Shown here: positions 13,476 through 26,260 of the stretch, piece after piece
Layout: every line of letters begins with the position of its first letter
Position numbering within the stretch: position 1 is the stretch's first letter
From: Balanoglossus misakiensis
Taxonomy: Eukaryota; Animalia; Hemichordata
Assembly: GCA_040954595.2 (NCBI GenBank)
Contig: CM082591.2
Span: 4,263,957 to 4,327,956 of the forward strand
Length of the DNA: 64,000 bases
Reading direction: 5' to 3'
Made by a program: the position numbers and the translations under genes
Notes under the pieces: generated by a model
The model's database searches: none
Told to the model about the DNA's origin: nothing
Seen by the model: the letters and a program-made list of their open reading frames with translations, nothing else

Positions 13476-16400
13476 TCACGACTGCGACACCAACGACACC
13501 CTGCAGAACTTCTGCGTCGCACTTTCCCGAACAGCGCCGTCAATGTCTGTCAGGGGAAACGGATCACTGACGAGAGTTTCATACGGGTACTTCTGAGCAG
13601 TGTCCGAGATGAAGGCCACGGCTCTCTCCAGGTGCCAAGGCGCGTAGTTATGTAACCCTGCGAAAAAAGCAAATATGCCCTTTACATAACACGTACCGTA
13701 CCGCGATATCATCAACTTGTACATTGTATGCGTGAGTAAAGTACAGTCTGGCTAGACTCTATGACTGAAGTCCACACTCGTCGATCATGGTGACTCGGCC
13801 ATTTTGCTGACTGTTTGATTGTGCATGGGTTATGAAAAATGGCTTATCCCACAAAAGTCAAAGTTTGGGGACAATGTACCTTATACACATGAGGATCAAT
13901 GTCATCAGAGACTACAACGTATTGCAATCATTAGTAACATACTGATAATTTGCTCCGGAGAATTATAATCAATTTGTCCCAAAATGGAAGACTTTTCTTT
14001 ATTAGTAATGGTGATTTTGTACAGACCACTCCCAACTACGAAAGCACCTTCTAAAAACACACCTTTTATGGTGAGGCATTTTCGGATGATCTGGTTTCCT
14101 GTTATATCCAGATGTGACTGTGGATGCACCATACCGACGAAAACATAGGTGCCGCCAATCTTCAACAAGTCAATGCCATCGTTAACGACCACTGCAGCCC
14201 CACACACCTACAAGGCATGTATAACAGTGAGCAATAGACCATTTTCCGAACTCCACGAAGTCCCGCGAGATCTCGCATGGCTACGCACTTTACATGGAAG
14301 GACATTCTCATGTGACATAGGCATACAACACATTGTGTTAAACGGCACAAAAGTATACAATTGTTCTTAAAATCTGCTGGCAACCCATTGCTACATCATA
14401 AACCATGTCTTCCAATGAACGGAAACTCATCTATAGTCTCCTATCGTAATACACACCTCTATTACAACATCGAATTCGGAAGATTTGGGAACGTCTGGAG
14501 AATCTGTTGATTCAAAAAGAATGATTTGCCCTTCAGCGAGAGTTCTATACGCTAGCTACAATGATAAAATTTTTGACGGGGAAGTCACAAAAAATACATG
14601 TAAAATTGTCATCCTTTCACTGAAACTCTTACTACAGTAAATTGTCGACCTTTTCACCCACAGTGCAATTATTATAATGTGATTTGGCCCCCTAGCACGA
14701 AGTAAAACCCTATTCAAGGAAGTCCCATACCTTTATCATATGGAATAGCACCGAAGTTTTTGGCTTTAGCAAGTCTGTCCTTGTTGATGTCTGTGCAGTA
14801 AACCTTTGCGCAACCGGCTTCGTTCAGTAAGGCACATCCGTACAGACCAAGCATTCCTGCTCCCTGAAAGACAATTTGGCATTTTGTTTTCTTAATATTT
14901 TCTTTTTTAACCCTCATCTTCAAGACGTCTACAGAAAACTAGACACATAAGGAAATGACCTATTTGTTCACACACAGCACCGGCCAGCGGTAGAATTGGA
15001 GCAGGGAACCAGACTGGCGACATGTGGTTCCTCCCTTCTCCGCCACTTGTTTTCCATGTTTTGCACACGACACCATCACTATTGCGAGAACGGTAAATTG
15101 AAATGATTTTGGAAGGGCGCGCGCGGGCGGACGGAGTATGATTCACCGGGTTAATGAACGGATGGAAGCCGAGGTCGTTTCTTTTCAATCCACCCACCTG
15201 TATCAGAACCACTTTCCCTTTCCAGTCATCGATGCAGTCACGTGCGTTGACCATGGTGCCCAGGGCGCAATTGACGGGCACCGCCATCTTGTCGGTGACG
15301 TTGTCCGGAACCTTGACGATCGCAGTGCCGGATTCGATGATGATGTGGGAGGCATAGCAACCATTCAGTGGGCACTCTGCACTGAGTGGGCGAAATCCGT
15401 GCTTTATATAAGAAAACCCACAGGTGCGTAATACAGTGATTATTATGAAAATCAATAGATTATTCGCAGTTGGCGGTCAAGTACTCGAGGATTTTGTCGC
15501 CGATCTCCTAGTTACAATCCTTCGATTAGATTAGAGTAAATGGTAGATAAATTGAAATTCACAAATTGCCATATGATGCACGATCATAAAAAATACACTT
15601 AATATGAACTTCCATTTCTTAAACAAGCCAAAAATCAACCATCTTGAAGTTGTGTCGACCATATTTTCATTACTCACCTAGGTAGCAAAAACTTATTTAA
15701 GATAGCGAGAATTGCTCCAAGTACGAAATGAACAATACACATACACATGGACACATGTAGAACCGAAACTTTTCCTGTACGTACACCTACTTTGAAGAGT
15801 TTTCGACATTTCTGTGGAATACCGCCTCTGCATATATCACACACCATGCAAGAATTCATAATGCTAAAGGTAACTCTATCTCCGGGTTTCAAATCCACGT
15901 CTTCTCTCTTGTGAGCCACAACCTCGCCGACCGCCTCATGACCAAGAATGCTGCGAATACACGAACGACAAATTTTCCCGCGGTTATTCTCGACGTTCCC
16001 GAGAGCAGATGTCAGCAACCGATACAAATTGAGCCAAATTACAATGAAAACGGTTCGAGCTGCACGGAAGGAATGTGCTTTATGACATCAATCAACACGG
16101 TAAAAATGAAACATTGTGTCTGATTTTCGTTTTCAAGAAGGCGAAAATGAAAAGTCACGAGTGATCTAGACGACAACCTCGTGCCAACACGCTTAGACTT
16201 GCAACAATTTATGCAATAACTCTGTTTCTTATCAACTGAGACTGGCAACACTTTATACAATCTCTTTATTTCTTATCAACTAGACTGGTGAAAAAAATAA
16301 TCGATGGTCAGTGCATTAATTCTGTGCAGCTCAAACCAAAATCATTGTATGTTCTCTCGGGGACAATTTGGTACGACAGTGATGCCGTTAATCATCCTGG

Positions 16401-16961
16401 CCTAACATTATTAATTACCTTGTCTGATAACTGTTCCTATTTTTGAAAATATTTTACACACGAACTTTGCTACGAGTGACAAGAAACAAATAAAGTCCGG
16501 GCGGCCCTATCTGGTTCGCAGTTCAACAAGATTGGCATAAGCCTAAGGCTGACACTATCTTGATTTCACTTAGGTTAGAAAACTGATGTATTTGACAGAG
16601 TGGCAAAGTTCAAACCCAATCCACAACCTGGCGTCAGTTTGAGTCGATGTTAACCAAATACAGCGCATTGTCGCAATATTCGTCATTCGTGAACTGATCA
16701 GAAGTTCATTCAACCGACAAACTTAATACCCGATCTATACTAACTTCAAACAAGACATTTGGCAGACTTCATTCTCATTTACCTTGGCGTATTTTCTTTG
16801 CGTCGCCCTTCTATTGTATGCATGTCCGAACCACATATCGTCGCCATGCGGATGCGAATCAGGGTGTCGCCAGGGCGGAGAGCCGGCAACGCCACCGTTC
16901 CGATTTCCATGCACGGCGACTTGTCGGCGCCGACAAACACTGCACGCTGTGCCACCGCCAT
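13476..16961 (-). CDS. Zn-dependent medium-chain alcohol dehydrogenase (MDR), bacterial phosphonate-catabolism-associated-like; exons 16961-16783, 15950-15791, 15401-15198, 14863-14731, 14503-14457, 14207-14063, 13657-13476
   Basis: ICGSD and GHE catalytic Zn motifs; structural Zn CMVCDICRGGIPQKC; Rossmann GAGMLG; C-terminal GLHNYAPWHL...YPYETLV...FPL. Seven in-phase GT-AG exons. Confidence 0.9.
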
Positions 16962-17689
16962 TCTGCTCCGGTCGTTCACTTCCAGGTCAAACGGTCTGTG
17001 ACGTCAAGAGCTGGGGGTCGTTGCAAGTGTTAGATTTAGAAAAGTGGGAATGAGGTTCGCAAGATGAGCGAACAAACCGGAGTAAGAGAACTGCACGACT
17101 TCGGAGCCTCGCCCACAATGAGTAGCGATCTGATAAACAGACGGCTAATCAGCTTGGACCAGGGGGTAACCCTCACGCACAACAGCGCAAATTTAGACGC
17201 ACTTTCAGGCGTGTAGTTCCTATATACTTCTGCATGCTTTTCCTGATTACATTATATCGTCAATTCTGTTGACAAACCCCCAGATGTTATGTATGTGTGT
17301 ATAAATTGCTCACTATGATGCCACACTTTTTCTTTGCTTCATTTCACTGCGTGTTCTCATCGCGGCACTGAGCGACAAGTATAACCCCCTCTCCTCGTTA
17401 CCATATATTGTCTTGCCAGCTGTTCAGTGGCCTGAAGTTCAAAGGTCGCAACTCTCGGACAGTCAATACTGCATGGTCTATGTCGTCATGCCTGGCGAAA
17501 AGGGCGAAGATAAGACTAGTATTTTTTACATTCAGTTATTAACAAAGCTAAACCATTGCCACAAAATTTCCTTCGAAATTATTGAGTGCGTACAGCCGGT
17601 GTCAACTAAACATTTCTGTGTAACACCATGTATATTCACATCAATCAACATCATTTGAATGGATTCTGGACTGCTGCTAAATTATCAGC

Positions 17690-19108
17690 TTTGTAAAAAA
17701 CATGTGGAATTTTTGCTCAGTATCCCATCCATTGACACGCGCACAGATTTCAAAATGCAGTTTGTAATTTACGAAATCTTTTTCACCATCATAGCTATCA
17801 GCTTTTGCTGTATTTTGTCTCGAGTAAGACGCTGGTGGTCCATCAAATGAGCATTTTACCGGTGGAGGGGTTTTGTCTGTCTGCACGGTAACTACTTAGG
17901 GTGGACTTGTCCCTCTATTCACATACATACTGCTAGAATCCACTCCCGAATTCACAGAACCAAGAAAAGATGCGGGAGTTGAGTTTGCATTCGATGCAGC
18001 AAAAGAACGAGCGCTATGCGGATCTCTGTCAGCTCGCCCTGTGGTCAATACACGGCTTTGAGCCATTGACGTCGGTGTGTCGCAACTTGCAGTGGCAGAG
18101 GGAGTGAACGCACTGCGTATGCCTCGCCCCAGAGAAAATGAAGTTGGCTCTCTCGATCCTGAATTGAGCGCTTCATTTCTCACTTCACCATCAGGTGACA
18201 TAAGTGGTGGCAAATCCATAATATCATCAGGTTGATGTACATTGGACGCCTCAACACACCGACTTGGAGTTTTATCAACTCCTGTTTGCTCAGCATGTGG
18301 GAAACTGATTTCACTGTCGACGAATTTCTCCATTGTACTACAGTGCACGTACGTGCGAGGTACACTAGACGAAAAAAAATCGATAACGCTATTCATCAAT
18401 AGCAACAATGTATAAGAACAATAGAAGCAACACCCGAGGAAAGTCCACAGCTGCAAAACGCAGACTGAACGAACAAGCAGCACAAATCTTATCCCTCACA
18501 CCAATGTAACGGAAATTATGTCAGACTGAGGTCCCAAAAATTGTCAAGCCTTAGTGAATGACGAACCTTGGACCAAACAGCCAACTCGACGGTAGCGTAA
18601 ACGTAGCACGATCGAGCCTTGACGGCGTAGACCGGTCCGTTACAAGTCCTGGTACGATTTACCTCGCGCACGGCAGAACGTGCGCTAAGAGATATGCTGA
18701 AAAGACCGACCGACCTGAGCGTTGCGCTCACACAAATAACAAGAAAAACCTCGGAATTACGATCCGTAGACAACTAAATCTCTCAGAGGTTACAGAAAAA
18801 GTGTTCCCACAAACGTGGAGAAAGGTTTGAACGAAAATATAATAAAGATAGAGGTAAAGTACGAATTCAGATCACCACACTAAAGAGCACGATGCTCACA
18901 GTTCAACCGCCGTGTCTCGTCTGCTTTTGGATGTCGAGGGGAGTCACTATACATGCAACAAGCCCACGTGATACAAGCTCCGCCCCCAATCGTGGAAAAT
19001 TGACAGTTTCTCCTGCCACTGGGGTGTCTCAGTCTGAGAATCAGGAAAAAGTCGCATTTCTTGAGATACGAGTCTTGTGTGCGGCGTTGACCTGGCAACT
19101 CCGTGACA
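17690..19108 (-). mobile_element. Truncated Ty3/Gypsy-like LTR retrotransposon: 5' LTR 18505-19108, PBS ~18486-18503, degenerate gag ~18330-17690
   Basis: LTR ends TGTCACGGA...TCCGTTACA (imperfect inverted termini), followed on the minus strand by TGGTGTGAGGGATAAGATT (PBS-like). Gag-like motif YDGEKDFVNYKLHFEICARVNGW. In-frame TAA at 17896-17898. No pol or 3' LTR. Confidence 0.8.
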
Positions 19109-19252
19109 TTATACATGGCCGTTGTCATCAAGGTTCTTAAATAGGATTTTATACATGGCCTATGTCATCAAGGTTCTTAAATAGGATTTTATACATGTCA
19201 TCAAGGTTCTTAAATAGGATTTTATACATGTCATCAAGGTTCTTAAATAGGT
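19109..19252. repeat. Tandem repeat, about 4 copies of a 31-40 bp unit, abutting the LTR
   Basis: ttatacatg(gcc..tg)tcatcaaggttcttaaatagg repeated four times. Confidence 0.9.
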
Positions 19253-19875
19253 TATACTTGATAGGCTTGTGCCCCTAATAATAACATTTCTATTCCAAAA
19301 GACAAGCCAAGGCATATAGCATAATGCAAAATTTAACATTACTTATAGATACAGCGTTTAAAATATATACATCAAAGGAGATACCAACTTATGAACACAT
19401 CTAAAACTGACGAGCTTCTGAGTCTAAGTATTTTTGTGAGCAAAACTTTAAAGCAGACAAAGATAGCTGTCTCACATTAAGTTAATTCATGATTGAAACA
19501 ATATAATTGTTATATATGTATTTAAGAGTTGTCTACTTTTGTATTTGTTTTTAAGACATTTATTTAACGCAATAAACGAATCTGAATTCATTAGTGAACT
19601 TCACCTGTAGAAATATTTAGCTGATATATAATATTCAATATATCTCCTGAACACAGGAGCACGTTAATATAAGTTAAAACGCGTGGCTCACATTAGCTAG
19701 CTAGCGAAGGACAATGCTAGTTTAACTCTTAGAGTGGAGTAAGCTGAATTTAATGTACTGCATGTATCGTTTAGGAATAATATTTACGATAAGGACAAAC
19801 AATGCAGTGTAATCCCCGTCTTTCTTAAATCAATGCTTTGTTTTAACTCTACACAAAACATTTTGTCCAAGTTTT

Positions 19876-22800
19876 TTACAGCAACTGGGGATAACTTTCA
19901 AACATTGGAGATTCGCTGTCGGCCATTTGGGGCTGTCGACGTCCAATGTCCTCGTCCGGTGACTGGGGATAACTTTCAAACATTGAAGATTCGCTGTCGG
20001 CCGTTTTGGGCTGTCGACGTCCAATGTCCTCGTCCGGTGACTGGGGATAACTTTCAACCATTGGAGATTCGCTGTCGACCATTTGGGGCTGTCGACGTCC
20101 AATGTCCTCGTCCGGTGACTGGGGATAACTTTCAAACATTGAAGATTCGCTGTCGACCATTTGGGGCTGTCGACGTCCAATGTCCTCGTCCGGTATCTGG
20201 GGATTACTTTCAAACATTGAAGATTCGCTGTCGGCCGTTTTGGGCTGTCCAATGTCTTCGTCCAGATGGGCTTTAGCTGCCTTCTGGACCATAGTTGCCC
20301 CACGTTCGATGTCACTGTCCGCGAGCGCGTTGTACAGTTTTTCGTAGCTCTGACGGGTGATGTTGCCTTCTTGGGTGGCCCATGCGCGGATAATTTCGTC
20401 AGTTGGACTGTAGTCGAGGTTTTTCTCTTGGTACTGTTTCATTCGCTCAATTTCAGGGGCGGCAAATCCTAAACTGGCTGCGAGACCCCTCCAGTCGAGC
20501 GCCCCGTCTCTCAACACGTCCAACAGATCAGACAATTCTTTGGTGTCAAATGGGGGTGGTTTGAACTCAGTAACTGGTTTGTTGACGTAGGCAGGTGCAT
20601 CCTAGATAAATAATCAGAATATTTGCAATTGTCAACACATGTTTACATTGATTTCGAAGGGTCATTCCAAAGGCGGGGAAACTCCTGGCTTAAACAGGAA
20701 TAGAGTACACGTCATTACACTCTCAATCAGTACACCTTGGAGTTTATGCTAAAACGACAATACACCGATATAACAGAACACCTCCCTGGGAGGAAAACAG
20801 TCTGCAGTAGAAGATCAAGACGATGCAATTAGTTCCAATCGTTTTAAATGCGCATTTTCTGAGTACCGATGGCTTTGGTATGTGAATTAAAATCCCTCTG
20901 GTTAAGCGTACCTTTTGAATTTAGAAAAGGGATAATGACATGGTAGTCAGTAAAAACTACACAGAATATTAGTATATTAGTATGAAACTAGTATTGAAAT
21001 AATGAAACTAGTACGAAAATTATAGCCGCCAATTATATCGTTCCCAATCAGCACAGGGGTGTTAAATTTCCCCCTTCCTAATTAATTTGCTGTATCTTAC
21101 CTCCAGTAACTTGATTGAGGTATCAATCTCGACAGTCACATGTCCACCAGATTGTTTTTCTTGTTTCAGTTCCACTTCACATCGGAAAATGTCTAGGACA
21201 CTTGGTTGACCGGTGAATTCGAGGACAAAATCCCTGTATTGACTAATGCCATATGTCCAAGCTGTGTGATAGTTTAAATCGTGAGTCTACCCGAAAAAAA
21301 ACGAACAAACAAAGGTTCATGTTGTGTAGCCAGATCTGGTAACATATTAATAAACATGAAACAATTTCCGTTCGTACACTCCTGTCATTTTCCCGCTTAT
21401 ATATAATAATAACTATATTTTCTTCTCTTTACCAAAAATTGGCCGTATTGTACTAGAATGTTGGTCCTAATCCATATACTTGTCACATCATAGATTTGAT
21501 AACAAGCAAACATCCTGATAATATACCATTTTCCAAACTCTAAGACACCGTGCGAGATCTCGCACATAGTCGTCAGATTCAAATGACATTCTCATGTGAC
21601 ACTGGGCAAACAACACATTGCCCATCTTGTTAAACGACACAAAAGTTATCTTTTAATTTGTTCAAAATCTGCACCTGTTCTAAAGCTCGTCTTGTATTAC
21701 TTGGCCAGCAAGGTAATTAAGTAAGTCTCGCGAGAACTCGCGCAGAGGAGAAATTCATATATAATGATACTAACCGTTTCTGATAGAAACTGCCAGCTCT
21801 TCTGACGCACATTTGCTGAAATCTCGATGTCTCCTTTGTTATGTTCAATTTCAAGTGTCTGGTTCTCCTCGCAGTACTTAAAACTTCCTCTTGCCTTATT
21901 AGAACTGGAATTTGCGGCTTCGGCAATTGCTGCCTGGAATAATAGACCAGCAGTTTAAGGTACATTAGCTGTAACATTTAGCTATATTTTCAGTAGCTCT
22001 CTTCTGTGTATCAATTTTTTCCGATTGCCAGTCAACCTTTTCCCCCAAGGCATTTCGGTTTTTCCTCTGCGCCATCTGTCAAAATTATTTTTTCAAAATA
22101 TCCTCAATCAAACCCCACAAATACAATATGTTTCCCCTAATCATTGATACTTGCCTGGACAGAATCATTTGTGTTCATTACCAAATAAACACGAACTGTA
22201 ACGACGCTCCTCTTGTTATTAAATGCCACGAAGGGAACAATTCCCATGATCTTGACGCTGTCCTCCGGTGTCTTTCCGGTGGCAGCGAATGTACCAGATT
22301 TCTTGGTATTCACGGTAACCTGCCTGTTGGACCCTGATTCAGATACCGTGTATTTGATATCTGAGGTCGACGTGACCCTCTCGAAATCCGGCCTGTCTGT
22401 GTATTTCACGTACAAATCTATGTTTCTGTCGCCGTTCTCATGACTGACAGGGAAAGAGATGCTCACGTTGGTCTGGACTTTGTCGCCGATATCAAGCCGG
22501 ACAGAATTAGTCACACGACCCTCTCCCTTCGATAGTTCAGGAACGTGCTGTGCGTTACTGGAGGAAGTAATGCTCGTTTGGATGAAGCCACTCTCCTTGG
22601 AAACTGCCTCAGGGGGAACGTACAGGGAAGTGCCCCATGATTCATTTCGAAGAATTCCTCCAGACTCGTCCACGGGGGCACAGGCAATCAAAGTTTCGTG
22701 TTTACCTGAGGAAGGACAGAAATTCCGATCAAGCAGACATCAGAAACGACGTTTTAAACAAAAACGCCTCCAATTCCTATGTATGTATGTATGTATGTAT

Positions 22801-25800
22801 GTATACAGTCAGTATTGCTGTATTTAAAAAAAATGAAATCTCTAAATAACAATGACTGTACATTTGCAATACATACTGTTCACTCCTTGAGATACAAGTG
22901 ACAAGCTATCATTGAGTAGGGGGTGTCACCTACTGGAACTGCGATTCTAGGCATTGTACGAGTAGACTTACACTTTGTGTATACTGAGATCCCGTTACTG
23001 TTTATATCTTCCCCCTGGACTTTACACGAGACAACAATTGAATATTTAGTGTCCAGTTGTAATCCGACGATCTTGTGAGATGTCTCGCTGACGCGTATTT
23101 CTTCTGCAGGGGTTCTCACGCCGACCGGCTTACAGTGGACAACGAACAGGCTGTCATTTTCATCACCACCTTGAAGCGTCCATTTGATGGTTATAGAATC
23201 ACTTGTTACATCCATAACCTTCACTCGAAGCATTGCTACGAAAAACCCAGAACATATGCGTGATTAGAAAGACTAACTCTTCACGGGGTCGACAAAACTC
23301 GTCCAGCGCCCATGAGCAAGATTGTGTTTACAAACACTGAGTCTACCAATATAAGGCTATGTGGTGTTGGCGTCGCATTGACTCCTGGAGCCGATATTAT
23401 ACACGCGCGCATAGGGAAGTTATGAAGTGTCCAAATTTTAACTGTTACAGTGTACATCATTGCAAACAATACGTTGTTACTTTTTATCCCATTCCTAAAG
23501 TTACTTTGATGTAACATGTATTGATTGTCATCAACACCCCACTCATAAATGAGAACGCCGATGTTGTTTTTATAAAAAAAAAAAAGCAAAGTGACTGCAC
23601 GTGTGCTCTGACGACTGCTTTTGACTTTTACCCTCACCTTCTTCTCTGGTTCGGATCAGAAGATTGTCGTTCCATTTTTCCTGCTTGCCCACGGTCGAAG
23701 CCACTACAATGTCGTACTCACTGTCAGTACACAAACCTTTAATGGTGTAGACGGCACTTCCATTTGGTACCTTGCGCTGTGCTGTGCCTGGTGTGTCTTT
23801 CTTGGAATACGTTATGGTGACCTTCTCATAGTACGAGGACATGTCCCAATACAGCGTGATAGAATCGTGCGTAATCCGTCTAACTTTAACTCCTGTTTCG
23901 AGAAATGCATTAATTATGAAGTTTAAAAGAGAGTAATCTAAAATTGCCTTAAGAAACGTATGAGAAAACTTAAGGTTTAAGAGGTTGACTTTCGTGGCCG
24001 TATCCATCTGCAGAATACTCGTATCGCTTTGACATTGTGCTAGGGGGTCAGGTCACAACATAAAATTCACATTGTGTGTAAAAAGATCGACAACTTACTG
24101 AAGAGTTTGAAGATACATGTATATGTTATCTGTATTTCATAACTGCTCTCTTTCTAAGTTCTGTCTTTGTAATAAGTATATTGAGCTCGTTCAAGCTTGT
24201 CTTTTTTGTTACTTTTTCAATTGAAAAAAAACCTTAAGTATGAGCTTATGTTGATTTCGCTTCTGAACTCTGTTGACCCCACGACATTTTATCCACTAAT
24301 CTAGGTAGCAAAACCCTATTTAAGGTAGTGAGACTTGCCACGGCCTTATATATAATCCTGGGATTTGAATGTAAATATGCTGTTCTCGTCAGATGATTCG
24401 ATATGACCTTACAGATATGAGTTAAAGTATTTATTGTGACAATACATACTTTCTATACTTGTTTTCGCGTGGAGTGGCGAACTTTCAACTGTGCGTAGCT
24501 TTGTCTTGCCATGGACAATAATCACGTAATCAGTCTCAGGACGCAACTGACGAATAGATATGGAAGTGTCTCTTGTACTGTATCGTTCTGTGGTGTCGGT
24601 AGCCCTTTGCGCACAGCTGACTATGAATTCTTGTTCTTGGTCATCTGCGTGACCAGGTTTCCATTTGATGTTTAGAGAATAACTTGTTGATTTTGTTACA
24701 CACACACCTGCAGTAAGGAACGCAAGCAAACAAATGTTTTCTTATTTATTTATTTATTAATTAACTTATTTATTGATTTCATTTCTTGTTAACTTAAATG
24801 CTTGTTAACTACAGATCCATCCATCCATCCAGCACCCTATTTTATATTGTTTTTGTATTTAAAATTTCATTTATATACAGTATATATGAAAATCAGGAAA
24901 ATGACAATATTTTCAATTTGTAGTAGACCACCCCCTTTAGGTACAATGTGTTTTTATCAAGAAATTTCAGTTGCTTGTACCCAAGGAACTCTTCATTATC
25001 TAGTCGCACTTACCTGTTGGACGTGTCTCCTTAACGTCGAACCGCAATATTTGCCCGAGTTGCTCAGAAAGGTCTGCTGGTCTGGCAAGGTTTGAGTCAA
25101 TGTGTTCAATGGTGTGTTCTTTGAACCAGCTGTTCACGATTTCTTTGAGCGCCGATCTATACAGATGTATAACGGCGGTAAATATCCACAGGATTGGGTG
25201 CTTTTTTGGGGTACTAATTTCTTCTAGAAGATCACCATATTGCACGATGGAGGTCTCGCGTGGGGTTTTACTGTGCTTTGTCTTTGGTGGATTCATCCTC
25301 GGTGCCTCACCGCGGTCAAAGCTTTCTAATAGTTCGTTCGCTTGTGTGACATGTTTCAGATAATCCTGCTTTGCCCGGTTCCGCTCACCTTCACTCGAAT
25401 TCAGCCTTGTGAACCCCAGTCTTATTTTATGTATCTCAACATTGGCCCCCTTAAAGAACCGTTGCAATTCAGCGACGGCTTCGGAAATCTCTACTTTTCT
25501 ACAAGCGTTCAGTCTCTCCATGAAATGTTCAAGAATAAAAGGTGTCCCATCACTGTCAACGTTGTTCAGGTGTTGTCTCAGTTGGACATCATTTACAATG
25601 TCATCAGGCGCTTCGATATGGTCTAATTCTTTGTTTAACTCGGATACATACCATTTCGGGTTGCTTAGTTTACCATACAATTTTTCGTTCAAATCCAGTA
25701 GTCTGACGATAGCATTTTCTAATGTGTCTACCATGTTCGTAATGTTCGGTGCCTCCACTTTCTTAACACCTTTCGTTTTCACCCGCTGTTTATTCTTTGG

Positions 25801-25818
25801 TTTCCTTGTTGCTGGCAT
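19876..25818 (-). CDS. Cytoplasmic multidomain protein: ~270-aa helical N-domain, 3x FN3, ZU5, UPA-like, death domain, 26-aa repeat tail; exons 25818-25014, 24707-24459, 23892-23638, 23235-22972, 22705-22155, 21933-21775, 21286-21101, 20601-19876
   Basis: Three phase-1 FN3 exons (SLNIKW..LRPETDY; SITLYW..LCTDSEY; SITIKW..LQLDTKY). ZU5 (ESGGILRNESWGTSLYVPPEAV). Death domain (DWRGLAASLGFAAPEIERMK...SPTDEIIRAW...LYNALADSDI). The frame stays open across all junctions. Confidence 0.8.
19885..20262 (-). repeat. Coding minisatellite, 78-bp unit x ~4.8 (26 aa: ESYPQSPDEDIGRRQPQMVDSESSMF)
   Basis: ctggggataactttc recurs at ~78-bp spacing (about 19886, 19963, 20041, 20119, 20197). Confidence 0.95.
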
Positions 25819-26182
25819 GCTGCTGTCGATGATTCTGTATTACACAGACATGTATTGTTTGAGAGAGGGAGAGAAAAAGAGAGAGGGGGAGGGAGGGAGA
25901 GGGAGAGAGAGAGGCACGACATTAGGGAATAGTAATAATTATATATAACACATTTGGCCAAGCATCACAAAAGTGTTGACGTACCCGGGTGTCTTGATAC
26001 GCTTACATGTAATTCTAAAACCACACTTTTAAAAAATCCATCTGTTTAAACGATTTACCAAGCGTCCCTTGTATGAAAAATCCGGACCCTTGCACAATGC
26101 TGACCAGGGCTTGCTTACAAAAGCATCTGCTGTGCCCTACAACCTGCTTGAAAAATAGGACCTTTAGGGTCCTCTCCCTCTT

Positions 26183-26260
26183 ATGCGCATGTGCGTACTT
26201 TCGTTTTCACCAACATTATTCAAATCCCACAAGTCATTATGTTCAAAGATGGCGGCCACC
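26183..26260. promoter_or_regulatory. Probable promoter with NRF1-like (TGCGCATGTGCG) and YY1-like (AAGATGGCGGC) motifs upstream of the death-domain gene
   Basis: Motif matches ~400 bp upstream of the ATG; a candidate 5'UTR donor lies near 26058 on the minus strand. Confidence 0.45.

Noticed and set aside
19830-20315. 78-bp repeats and alternative-frame repetitive ORFs as a CRISPR array or separate genes
   Set aside because: There are no unique spacers; it is a coding minisatellite within the death-domain exon of a eukaryotic gene.
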